This document shows, one piece after another, positions 33,060 through 42,063 of a stretch of 64,000 nt of DNA. The DNA comes from an uncultured Clostridia bacterium (GTDB taxonomy: Bacteria; Bacillota; Clostridia; Christensenellales; CAG-314). The notes under the pieces were generated by a model that was not told the origin of the DNA, searched no databases, and saw only the letters and a program-made list of their open reading frames with translations. The first letter of the stretch is position 1; every line of letters begins with the position of its first letter. Position numbers and translations under genes: made by a program. The stretch is taken from positions 106,324-170,323 of the forward strand of contig CANQPI010000001.1 in NCBI GenBank assembly GCA_947625725.1, read 5' to 3'.

Positions 33060-34832
33060 ATGTGCGGAATTTTCGGTCAAATTGCGGCGGGCGCGGTGAG
33101 CAACACCGTCAAGGCTCTCAAATATTTGGAGTATCGCGGGTACGACTCGGCAGGGCTTGCGCTTCGCCGCGGCGACTGTCTGGAAATGTACAAAACGGAG
33201 GGGCGCATTGCCACTTTGGAACGCATTGTGGACGGCATAGACGAGGCGACCGTGGCAATAGGACACACGCGTTGGGCTACTCACGGCGCGGTAAGCACGG
33301 CAAACGCGCACCCGTTTTTGTCGGAGGACGGCAATTTTGCCATAGTCCACAACGGCATTATCGAAAATTACCGTGAGTTGAAAGCATTGTTGCCCCAAGT
33401 CAAGTTCACCTCGCAAACGGACAGCGAAACGGTAGCGCACCTATTGCGGCAAAACTATCGCGGCGATGTGTTGCAGACGGTTTTGACTACGGCGCGCATG
33501 CTCAAAGGTTCGTTTGCAATAGCAGTTTTGTCCGTCTACGGCGACAAGTTGTACGCCGTCAGGAACAAAAGTCCGCTTGTGGTGGGATTTTCGTCCAACG
33601 GCGCATATTTGTGTTCGGACATCAGGTGCATTTCTCACTGGGCGACGTCCGTTGCCGTTGCTCCCGACAACGCCGTGGCGGAGATTGGCAAAAACGGCGC
33701 AAAGTTTTTCCGATTGGACGGCACGCCCGTAGACGTCAAATTTTTTGCGCCGCCGCGCGCCGAGGAAACGGAAAGTTTCGAGGGGGATTTTATGCTCAAA
33801 GAAATTTTCGAGATCCCCGCAAAACTTCGTCAAGCCAAGCGCAACTACGTGGAGCGCGGAGGTCTGTCCTTGGACGCAGATACGGTGCGCCGACTCAAAC
33901 GGATATATCTTATCGGTTGCGGCACGGCGTATCACAGTGGATTGGCGGTTGCGGCGGTTGCGCGCAAATTTATCGACGCGGACGTCATTCCCGTTGTGGC
34001 GAGCGAGTTTATTTACGACAACTATCCCGTGGACGGCGACACGTTGGCGTTTTTGATCAGTCAAAGCGGCGAAACGGCGGATACGGTGCGCGCCGCGGAA
34101 CGCGTGACGGAATCGGGCGGACTTACCTACGCCGTCACCAATACAGACAGTTCGTCGCTCACTTTCAAGTGCGACAACTGCGTCAACATTTGCGCCGACG
34201 GCGAGTTTGCCGTTGCCAGCACCAAAGCGTACAACTGTCAGATCGCGGTGCTTACCATGCTGTTTGCGGATATCGCTTTGCTGCGCGGTACGCTTTCGGC
34301 AAAAAAACATAACGCCATTTTCCGCGAGATAGACGGTCTGCCCTTTGCGGTGGAGCAGATACTTGACGAAAGTTATCGGATAGCGCAGTTGGCGGAGGAA
34401 GTGGCGCACAGTTCGGCGGTGTTTTTTATCGGGCGAACGACGGACTATCCCACGGCATGCGAGGGTAGTTTGAAACTCAAAGAAATTTCCTACATTCACA
34501 GCGAGGCGTACCCCGCAGGCGAACTGAAACACGGCACGTTGGCGTTGATGGAACGGAGCGTGACGGTTGTGGCGATCTCCACCGACCCCGCATTGCGCGA
34601 CAAGATGATTTCTTCCGTCAACGAAGTGACCTCTCGCGGCGCGCGCGTGATAGCCTTTGCTCCTTACGCGATGGAAGGCGTGGATACTTTCGAACTGCCG
34701 CCGACGGGAGAACTGCTCTACGCGGCGACGGCGTGCGTACCGTTGCAATTGCTCGCCTATTACGCCGCAAAGTCGCTGGGCAGGGACGTGGACAAACCGC
34801 GACACTTGGCAAAGTCGGTAACGGTAGAGTAA
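33060..34832 (+). CDS. glmS: Glutamine-fructose-6-phosphate aminotransferase
   Basis: MCGIFG, GHTRWATHG, SQSGETAD, LAKSVTVE. Confidence 0.97.
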   Translation: MCGIFGQIAAGAVSNTVKALKYLEYRGYDSAGLALRRGDCLEMYKTEGRIATLERIVDGIDEATVAIGHTRWATHGAVSTANAHPFLSEDGNFAIVHNGIIENYRELKALLPQVKFTSQTDSETVAHLLRQNYRGDVLQTVLTTARMLKGSFAIAVLSVYGDKLYAVRNKSPLVVGFSSNGAYLCSDIRCISHWATSVAVAPDNAVAEIGKNGAKFFRLDGTPVDVKFFAPPRAEETESFEGDFMLKEIFEIPAKLRQAKRNYVERGGLSLDADTVRRLKRIYLIGCGTAYHSGLAVAAVARKFIDADVIPVVASEFIYDNYPVDGDTLAFLISQSGETADTVRAAERVTESGGLTYAVTNTDSSSLTFKCDNCVNICADGEFAVASTKAYNCQIAVLTMLFADIALLRGTLSAKKHNAIFREIDGLPFAVEQILDESYRIAQLAEEVAHSSAVFFIGRTTDYPTACEGSLKLKEISYIHSEAYPAGELKHGTLALMERSVTVVAISTDPALRDKMISSVNEVTSRGARVIAFAPYAMEGVDTFELPPTGELLYAATACVPLQLLAYYAAKSLGRDVDKPRHLAKSVTVE

Positions 34833-34839
34833 AGCACTC

Positions 34840-34945
34840 GGGTGTCCCCTGCAAAAAGGCTTCATTCGCGCCGCACACGATTTGGTAAAGACAATTTTCC
34901 ACTTGTGTGCGGCGCTCATTGCAGATTATTTTGCAGGGGACACCC
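34840..34945. repeat. 106-bp MITE-like element with 17-bp terminal and 11-bp inner inverted repeats
   Basis: GGGTGTCCCCTGCAAAA/TTTTGCAGGGGACACCC; GCGCCGCACAC/GTGTGCGGCGC. Confidence 0.6.
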
Positions 34946-35063
34946 TCGCGCCCGTGTGAATAAGGTCGGAACATTTTTGAAACTGCGCTCGGGCAAATTC
35001 ATTCGGTGGAACTTGTCCCGTCCAAACGTTTGTCGAAGTTTTGCGTAACAATAGCAAATTTCA

Positions 35064-35092
35064 TTGACAAACTTTGTCAAATGTATTATCAT
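35064..35092 (+). promoter_or_regulatory. Sigma-A promoter with a palindrome over the -35 box
   Basis: TTGACA-17-TATCAT; TTGACAAA-C-TTTGTCAA. Confidence 0.65.
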
Positions 35093-35098
35093 ATAATT

Positions 35099-35257
35099 GC
35101 AAAAACAAAGCGTACAAGGACGGCTTGGCTGACATGCAGTTTCAACTTTACACGGCAAACTTTAACAACTGTGCGATTTTGTCCTTTCATACGCGTTTTT
35201 GCGGTACTAAGGGAAGTTTTTTGTCAAAGCAACACTCGTTTTGAGTGCTGCTTTTTT
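35099..35257 (+). ncRNA. Candidate small RNA of unknown family
   Basis: Own promoter, long stem starting at the predicted +1, intrinsic terminator AAAGCAACACTC/GAGTGCTGCTTTTTT, no convincing ORF. Confidence 0.45.
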
Positions 35258-35323
35258 GTTGTGTAACATTTGTGCCGCATTGCGGTGCAATCCGAGCGAT
35301 TCAACCCCCAAAAAAATTGGGTA

Positions 35324-35352
35324 TTGACTGTCTTTTACAGTTATGGTATAAT
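35324..35352 (+). promoter_or_regulatory. Sigma-A promoter of the RDD-ABC-nuclease operon
   Basis: TTGACT-17-TATAAT with extended -10 TG. Confidence 0.75.
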
Positions 35353-35506
35353 TGTAAGGCTAAGGATTTGTTAGTATAATTATGCTTAAATTTGCGCTTT
35401 GCGCGTGATGGCAATATTTTTTCGGAGGAACTGATGTTCGGTTCGTCGATAGGAACGTACGGGAGGAACTGTGCGGCAGGCGACGTTCGGGCATGGGGAA
35501 TATGGC

Positions 35507-36382
35507 ATGATTTACGACGTGCAAAAAGCCGGCGTGCTAAAAAGATTTTCAGCGTTTTTGTTGGATTTTATATTGCTTTGCGTATTGGCGGCGGGGTTTG
35601 CGTTTCTGCTGGCGTGGATTACGCAAGTGGACAAGTACACTGATACGTTGCACGGCTACTACGAGGAGTACGGGCAAAAGTACGGCGTGGATTTTGACAT
35701 TTCCGCAGAGGACTACAACAAACTGACGGACGAACAAAAGGACGTGTACCAAGAAGCGTATTCGGCGATTTTCAGTGAAAACCGCGACGCAGCCAAGGCG
35801 TACAAGATGTCGATAATGTTGCCCATACTCATCACGACGATAAGCCTTTTGCTTTCGTACATAATTTTGGAATTTGTAGTGCCGCTTTGTCTTAAAAACG
35901 GTCAGACCGTGGGCAAAAAGGTGTTCAGTTTGGGAGTGGTGTTCAACAACAGCGTACGCATAACGACCTTTGCGCTGTTTGTACGAGCCATATTGGGCAA
36001 ATATACCATAGGGACGATGTTTCCCGTGATGCTGATAATGTTGATGTTGTATCAACAAATGGGTGCGATTATCGTATTGGTATTGGTTGCGGCGTTGGTG
36101 ATTTTGCAATTGGCATTGTTTATCTTTACCAAGACGCACTCGTTCATTCACGACATATTGGCAAGCACGGTGGTAGTGGACCTTTCCTCGCAGATGATAT
36201 TCGAGTCCACTCAGGAGTTGATCGCCTACAAAGAGCAACTCAGCCGCGAGCAAGCGGAGCGCGAGGGCAAAACTCACTCGTCCGAACAACCCGTCAATTT
36301 GGACGACGTGCCCGTCGGCGAGGAACAAGCCTACATTGACAAGGCGCGCGCCGAGTCCAAAAAGTCCAAGAAAAAAAGATAA
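35507..36382 (+). CDS. RDD family membrane protein
   Basis: KRFSAFLLD, GQTVGKK, IHDILASTVVVD; start could be GTG 35471. Confidence 0.85.
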   Translation: MIYDVQKAGVLKRFSAFLLDFILLCVLAAGFAFLLAWITQVDKYTDTLHGYYEEYGQKYGVDFDISAEDYNKLTDEQKDVYQEAYSAIFSENRDAAKAYKMSIMLPILITTISLLLSYIILEFVVPLCLKNGQTVGKKVFSLGVVFNNSVRITTFALFVRAILGKYTIGTMFPVMLIMLMLYQQMGAIIVLVLVAALVILQLALFIFTKTHSFIHDILASTVVVDLSSQMIFESTQELIAYKEQLSREQAEREGKTHSSEQPVNLDDVPVGEEQAYIDKARAESKKSKKKR

Positions 36383-36403
36383 CACACTGTATCGGGGGTA
36401 AGA

Positions 36404-37150
36404 ATGGAAAAAATCATTTACAAAAAAGTTACCGTATCGGTCGGAAGCAGCGACGACAGCGTGTCGATCCATTGTATTCGGTTGAAGGGCGACGAAAAAT
36501 TGGAAATAGGCGAGCAAATCACCGTTCGCGGAGAATTGAAACGTCGCGACAGCCAATTGGAGTTCGGCAACGGATGTTCCTTTGTAAAGGACGCCGACGG
36601 ACTAGTCGCCGACCCGAGCGTCGTTTCCGCATTGAGAGATCTGCCCGAGGGAGAGTTCTACGCCGAGGGCTTTTGCGCGCTTACGGGTACGGTTTCGGTG
36701 ATAGAAAAAGTGCAAAACGACGTTCCGCAAAAAACCACCTACCTCATCGGTTCGTTGGCAATGTTTGTCGCCGCCGTATTCTACATGTTGATGTCCGATT
36801 TGTCTTTCAAAAATACTGCGGACAGGTTGATAATTTCGGTGCTGTTGGCGTTTGGCAGCGCGATACTGTTCTTTTTGTCAGTAAACTTTACCGAGAAACC
36901 CGTCGTCATGTGGATATTCAAAGGATTGGGGTTGGCATTGGGTATAGGTTTCGTGATATACTTGCACATTTTCCAACAATCCGATACGTTTGACGCCATT
37001 TTGGAAGTTTTCCGCAAAAAAGGCATTTCGGGCGAATACGAACTGTTGATGTCGCAGGTAACAATGATAGTCACGCTTGTACTCAGTTACATTTCTGTTG
37101 CGGGACAGGCGGCAAATACGGTGCTTGTCGCAGTGATAAAAGACAAGTAA
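36404..37150 (+). CDS. Membrane protein with N-terminal OB-fold-like domain and ~4 TM helices
   Basis: LEIGEQITVRGEL OB-like strands; hydrophobic C-terminal half. Confidence 0.65.
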   Translation: MEKIIYKKVTVSVGSSDDSVSIHCIRLKGDEKLEIGEQITVRGELKRRDSQLEFGNGCSFVKDADGLVADPSVVSALRDLPEGEFYAEGFCALTGTVSVIEKVQNDVPQKTTYLIGSLAMFVAAVFYMLMSDLSFKNTADRLIISVLLAFGSAILFFLSVNFTEKPVVMWIFKGLGLALGIGFVIYLHIFQQSDTFDAILEVFRKKGISGEYELLMSQVTMIVTLVLSYISVAGQAANTVLVAVIKDK

Positions 37151-37194
37151 AAGCAAAACAATTCAAGTAAAACAATATAAGGACGGAAAAAAAC

Positions 37195-38328
37195 ATGAAA
37201 GTTGTGTTGAAAGAACTAACCAAAATCTTTCCCGGCAGAACAAAAAAAGCGCCGGAAGTCGTTGCTGTCAACAAATTCGATTTTGAGATCCCGGACGGAA
37301 AATTGGTCGGATTGTTGGGACCTTCGGGCTGCGGCAAAAGTACCACGTTGTACATGATTTGCGGTTTGCAAAAGCCAAGCAGCGGCAAAATATTCTTCGG
37401 CGACGACGACGTTACCGAACTTTCGCCGGAAAATCGCGGGGTGGGGTTGGTTTTCCAAAACTACGCGCTGTACCCGCACATGACGGTCAAGCAAAACATT
37501 TTGTTCCCGTTGCAAAACTTCAAGGGTGCGGACAGACTCTCCAAGTCGGAGATGTTGGAGCGCGCCTACAACGTGGCAAAGTTGGTGCAGATCGACGACC
37601 TCATGGACCGCAAACCCAGCGAACTGTCCGGCGGACAGCAACAGCGCGTCGCCATTGCACGCGCACTTGTTAAGATGCCCAGAGTTTTGCTTTTGGACGA
37701 GCCGCTGAGCAACCTTGACGCTCGTCTGCGTTTGCAAACGCGCGAGGAAATCAAACGTATCCAACGCGAAACGGGCATCACAACGGTATTCGTCACTCAC
37801 GACCAGGAAGAAGCAATGTCCATTTCCGACGTCATTGTGGTGATGAAGTTGGGCGTGGTGCAACAAATAGACAAACCGCAAAACGTCTACGACGATCCCG
37901 TCAATTTGTTTGTTGCCAAGTTCCTCGGCACGCCGCCCATCAACGTTTTTGAGGGGCATGTCGTCGGCGGCAAGTTGTATATCGGCGAGGATTGCGTTTT
38001 GGACGTGGACGGCGTGGAAGATCAGGACGTATTTGTCGGTATCCGTCCGGAAGGTTTCATCTACGACAAAAAAGGTTCTTTCCACTGCGCTTTGCGCAAC
38101 GTAGAGGTTATGGGGCGCGACGTATCCATTGTTTCCACCAACGAGGCTTCGCTCAATCCGATAATTCGTTCGATAGTGGACGCCGACAACAAGATAGACG
38201 TTTCGGCGGAAAAAGTTTCCTTCACCCTCAAACCCCACAAGGTATTTATATTCAACAAGGAAACGGAAGCGCGTATTCGCTTTGGCAAGAGCGAGCAAAA
38301 CTCCCAAACAACAAGCAAGGAGGAGTAA
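37195..38328 (+). CDS. CUT1/MalK-type ABC ATP-binding protein
   Basis: GPSGCGKST, VFQNYALYPHM, LSGGQQQR, LDEPLSNLD. Confidence 0.95.
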   Translation: MKVVLKELTKIFPGRTKKAPEVVAVNKFDFEIPDGKLVGLLGPSGCGKSTTLYMICGLQKPSSGKIFFGDDDVTELSPENRGVGLVFQNYALYPHMTVKQNILFPLQNFKGADRLSKSEMLERAYNVAKLVQIDDLMDRKPSELSGGQQQRVAIARALVKMPRVLLLDEPLSNLDARLRLQTREEIKRIQRETGITTVFVTHDQEEAMSISDVIVVMKLGVVQQIDKPQNVYDDPVNLFVAKFLGTPPINVFEGHVVGGKLYIGEDCVLDVDGVEDQDVFVGIRPEGFIYDKKGSFHCALRNVEVMGRDVSIVSTNEASLNPIIRSIVDADNKIDVSAEKVSFTLKPHKVFIFNKETEARIRFGKSEQNSQTTSKEE

Positions 38329-38331
38329 TAC

Positions 38332-39282
38332 ATGGTAGACGGCAAAAAACAATGGAAGGCTTGGCTGTACCTGTCGCCCGTTATCATACTGACGTTGGTA
38401 TTCACTGTCTGGCCGATAATCAACACCGTGCGTATCGCCTTTCTCGACGACTACACCTTGATGGACGACGTCGGCGGAATGACGTTCTCGGTGGGCATAC
38501 ATAACTTCGAAAAAGTCATCAACTATCCGGAGTTTCTCACCTGCCTCAAAAACACTCTGTTGCTCACGGTCATTACGGTACCCATTTCGACCTTTTTGGC
38601 ATTGCTCATTGCAGTATGCCTCAACTCCATCAAAGCGCTTAACAGATTGTTGCAAACTATCTACTTTTTGCCCTATGTCACCAACACCATAGCGATAGGT
38701 ATCGTGTTCTCCACGATGTTCAGCATGGTCGGTACGGGCTTTGGCGGTGCGAACCCCTATGTCAGTACCGCAGGTATCATCAACAACATAATCGGCATTT
38801 TCGGTATCGAACCGGTCAATTGGGTCAACACGGGCTCAACTTATTGGGCAAATATGTTTGTAATGTGCGTGTACATCGTTTGGAACGCGTTGCCTTTCAA
38901 GATACTCATTTTGCTGGGCGGTTTGCAAAGCGTCAACAAGCAGTACTACGACGCCGCCAAAGTGGACGGCACGGGTCGTGTGCGTACTTTCTTCCGTATC
39001 ACCGTACCCATGCTCAGCCCCATGCTCGCCTATGTAGTTATCACGGGCTTTATCGGCGGTTTCAAAGAATACAGCAGCATCGTCGGTGTGTTCGGAGAGG
39101 AAATGGGACCTGCCGGCAACGAGGGCGCGCTCAACACAATGGTAGGATTTATCAACCGCAACTTGATGAGCGGCTCTCCGAGAGAGGGCATTGCAAGTGC
39201 GGGCGCGATACTTTTGTTTATCATAATTTTTGCCGTGACAATGCTCAACATGTATGTCAGCAAAAAGAGAGTTCACTACTAA
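38332..39282 (+). CDS. ABC permease (MalF/UgpA-like)
   Basis: YYDAAKVDG EAA loop, multiple TM helices. Confidence 0.93.
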   Translation: MVDGKKQWKAWLYLSPVIILTLVFTVWPIINTVRIAFLDDYTLMDDVGGMTFSVGIHNFEKVINYPEFLTCLKNTLLLTVITVPISTFLALLIAVCLNSIKALNRLLQTIYFLPYVTNTIAIGIVFSTMFSMVGTGFGGANPYVSTAGIINNIIGIFGIEPVNWVNTGSTYWANMFVMCVYIVWNALPFKILILLGGLQSVNKQYYDAAKVDGTGRVRTFFRITVPMLSPMLAYVVITGFIGGFKEYSSIVGVFGEEMGPAGNEGALNTMVGFINRNLMSGSPREGIASAGAILLFIIIFAVTMLNMYVSKKRVHY

Positions 39283-39293
39283 GGAGAGTTACT

Positions 39294-39344
39294 ATGACGC
39301 AAAACTTTTCGTACATAGCCGCAACGGCGGCTTTTCGGAGGTGA
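39294..39344 (+). CDS. Putative 16-aa peptide MTQNFSYIAATAAFRR
   Basis: AAGGAG RBS; stop lies inside the GGAGGTGA RBS of the next gene. Confidence 0.35.
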   Translation: MTQNFSYIAATAAFRR

Positions 39345-39348
39345 GTAT

Positions 39349-40512
39349 ATGACAAACTTGCTTTCTTTGTCCCAAGGCGGCACGGTCGCCCTCGGAGTAA
39401 TATTCGGCATAGTGATCCTGTTGGAACTCTGTTACATAGGTTATCTGTGCTATTTGCGCGCAACGGGTCGCAAACACTTTTCTTTGCGCCGCGAACGGCA
39501 AACGGCGACCTCAGGCGTTGAAACCCAACCCGACGACGGCTTTGCCCTCACGACCGAGTCCCTCGGCGATACCAAGGCGCTTGGCAAAGGCGTAATGAAA
39601 GAGCGCAATATCGAAACGGTAAAAAAGGTTCAAAAAGCCGTCAAAATTATCGTCAAGATATTGATTTACATTTTCTTGATAGCGGTGGCGGTCAGCGTTC
39701 TGTTCCCCTTCTATTGGATGATCATTTCGTCGTTGAAGTCCTACGACGAGTACGCATTGGAGGGTGAATTTGCCAGCCGCGTATCGCCTACGTTCTTTCC
39801 GCAAACGGTTTTGTGGAGCAACTACGCCGAGGCGTTCAAAACGGCAAATCTGGGCACTCTGTTCCTCAACACCGTGTTTGTGGGTGTTGTTTCCACGATA
39901 CTGTCGCTTATCATAACCGTGCTTGCGGCGTTTGCCTTTGCTCGGTTGGAGTTTCGCGGCAAAAACGCGCTGTTTGCGGCGTTACTTGCCACAATGATGA
40001 TCCCGGGCGAGTTGTTTACTATCACCAACTACGGCACGGTCACTAACATTCTCGGTTGGGGCAACACTTATACGGCGCTTATTGTACCATTCCTTGTCAG
40101 CGTATTCTACGTCTATTTGTTGCGGCAAAACTTTTTGCAAATTCCCGACGAATTATATTACGCCGCCAAGGTGGACGGCACGAGCGACCTCAAATACCTG
40201 TGGAAAGTGATGATTCCTTTGGCGTTGCCAACGATCATTTCCATAACCATTCTCAAAATGATGGGTTCTTGGAACAGTTACATTTGGCCTCGCCTCGTTG
40301 CTAACGACGAATTGCACCAACTTATCACCAACGGTCTGCGCGACACTCAATTCAACGTATATTTGCCCGACGGCTCGATCGATCAGGACAAAATCAACTA
40401 TCCCGTGCAGATGGCGGCGGTAACATTGGTGTCGATACCATTGTTCCTTGTGTTTATATTCCTGCGCAAGTACATAATGAAAGGCGTCAGCCGCAGCGGA
40501 CTCAAAGGTTAA
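39349..40512 (+). CDS. ABC permease (MalG/UgpE-like) with N-terminal extension
   Basis: PFYWMI, ATMMIPGE, YYAAKVDG, WNSYIWP. Confidence 0.93.
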   Translation: MTNLLSLSQGGTVALGVIFGIVILLELCYIGYLCYLRATGRKHFSLRRERQTATSGVETQPDDGFALTTESLGDTKALGKGVMKERNIETVKKVQKAVKIIVKILIYIFLIAVAVSVLFPFYWMIISSLKSYDEYALEGEFASRVSPTFFPQTVLWSNYAEAFKTANLGTLFLNTVFVGVVSTILSLIITVLAAFAFARLEFRGKNALFAALLATMMIPGELFTITNYGTVTNILGWGNTYTALIVPFLVSVFYVYLLRQNFLQIPDELYYAAKVDGTSDLKYLWKVMIPLALPTIISITILKMMGSWNSYIWPRLVANDELHQLITNGLRDTQFNVYLPDGSIDQDKINYPVQMAAVTLVSIPLFLVFIFLRKYIMKGVSRSGLKG

Positions 40513-40578
40513 AACTGTCTTGTACAGTTTTTATAGAGTAACATTTCAGCAACAAATATTCAAAAAAAGGAGAACTGT

Positions 40579-42045
40579 ATGAAAAAAACTATTGCAATCA
40601 TTTTGGCAGTGCTGCTTGTCGTATCGGCGATATTCGTACTTGCCGCTTGCAAGCCAAATCGCAGAGCCGAATTTGTGCTTCCAGAGGGAGGCTACGACGG
40701 CAGTGCCGTTACCATCACTTTCATTTCGAGTATGGGACAGAGTTACGGCGTGCTTTTGGATGAATTTCTTGCAAGATTCAAGGAAATGTATCCCAACATA
40801 ACCGTCGATCACCAACGCGGCGGCGACTATGACAGCAACCGCGACGTCATCAAAACGCAATTGGGCAACAATCAAGCGCCCAACCTTGCGTTCTGCTACT
40901 CCGACCACGTGGCTCTTTACAACAGATCCAAGGCGGTGGTGGCGCTGGACAGCCTGATCGAAAGCGACATCGAGCAAACTCGCGCCGACGGCACTAAGGA
41001 GAGATTGGGCTTGACCGACGCGCAAAAAGCCGACTTTATCCAAACCTACTACAACGAGGGCAAGGCTTTCGGCGACGACAAGATGTACATGATCCCGTTT
41101 GCAAAGTCCACCGAATTGATGTACTACAACAAGACTTCCTTCGATTCTTGGGAACTTCCCGTACCCGATCACTGGTTTGCCACCGACGGCAAGGAAGGTC
41201 TGCAAACAACCGACCATACAAGTATGGAATATGCGCTTGCTTTCATCAAGGACAAAGACCCCAATTCCACTCCGTTGGGAGTTGACTCCGGCGCAAACTG
41301 GCTCATTACTCTGTTTGAACAATTCCAAACGGGCTACACCAAGGCTACCGATCCTCATTATCTGTTTGACAACGAAGCCAACTACGACATTCTGACAACG
41401 CTTAGAAGATGGTATCAAAACAACTGGTTTACCACCAGACAGTTGCTAAACGGCACTTACACCAGCACGTACTTTACGTCTTCAAGCAGCGACCAAGGCA
41501 AAAAGTCCTACATTTCCATAGGTTCTTCGGCAGGTGCGGCAAAGCAAGTTCCTGCCGAGAGCGCAAACTTCGACGTAGGCGTTACGATCATTCCGCAAAA
41601 AGAGGCAAACACTCCCATTGCTCAATCCAAAGTTATTTCGCAAGGACCGAGCGTGTGCCTGTTCAACTCCGACAACCCGCAGGAAGTTGTAGCAAGTTGG
41701 TTGCTTGCCAAGTTCCTTGTTACCAATGCGGAGTTCGAAGCGCGCTACGGCATGGACGCAGGCTATTTGCCCGTAATTCAATCCGTACAGGATTTGGACG
41801 GTTACAAACAAAAGTTGGACGAAGCCGACACCAAGGAAAACATGGCTGGTATGGCTGCCAAGTTGTGCTTGGAGTACAAAGACGCTTTGTTTGTTTCTCC
41901 CGCTTTCTACGGTTCTTCCGAAGCCCGTGACCAAATGGACGTTTTGCTCAACAAATGCGTTATCGTAACGGGCAACAGCGCTGACGCTATCAGACAAGGC
42001 ATCATTGCCGAGTTCAAAAACGCCCTTGCTATTTGCGAGTATTAG
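40579..42045 (+). CDS. ABC substrate-binding lipoprotein (family 1)
   Basis: Lipobox LAAC, IPFAKSTE, QGPSV, GYLPV. Confidence 0.88.
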   Translation: MKKTIAIILAVLLVVSAIFVLAACKPNRRAEFVLPEGGYDGSAVTITFISSMGQSYGVLLDEFLARFKEMYPNITVDHQRGGDYDSNRDVIKTQLGNNQAPNLAFCYSDHVALYNRSKAVVALDSLIESDIEQTRADGTKERLGLTDAQKADFIQTYYNEGKAFGDDKMYMIPFAKSTELMYYNKTSFDSWELPVPDHWFATDGKEGLQTTDHTSMEYALAFIKDKDPNSTPLGVDSGANWLITLFEQFQTGYTKATDPHYLFDNEANYDILTTLRRWYQNNWFTTRQLLNGTYTSTYFTSSSSDQGKKSYISIGSSAGAAKQVPAESANFDVGVTIIPQKEANTPIAQSKVISQGPSVCLFNSDNPQEVVASWLLAKFLVTNAEFEARYGMDAGYLPVIQSVQDLDGYKQKLDEADTKENMAGMAAKLCLEYKDALFVSPAFYGSSEARDQMDVLLNKCVIVTGNSADAIRQGIIAEFKNALAICEY

Positions 42046-42063
42046 TACGCGAGGTTATTCAAA

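Noticed and set aside
35226-35257. CIRCE element
   Set aside because: CACTC/GAGTG arms have the wrong spacing and flanks; it fits an intrinsic terminator
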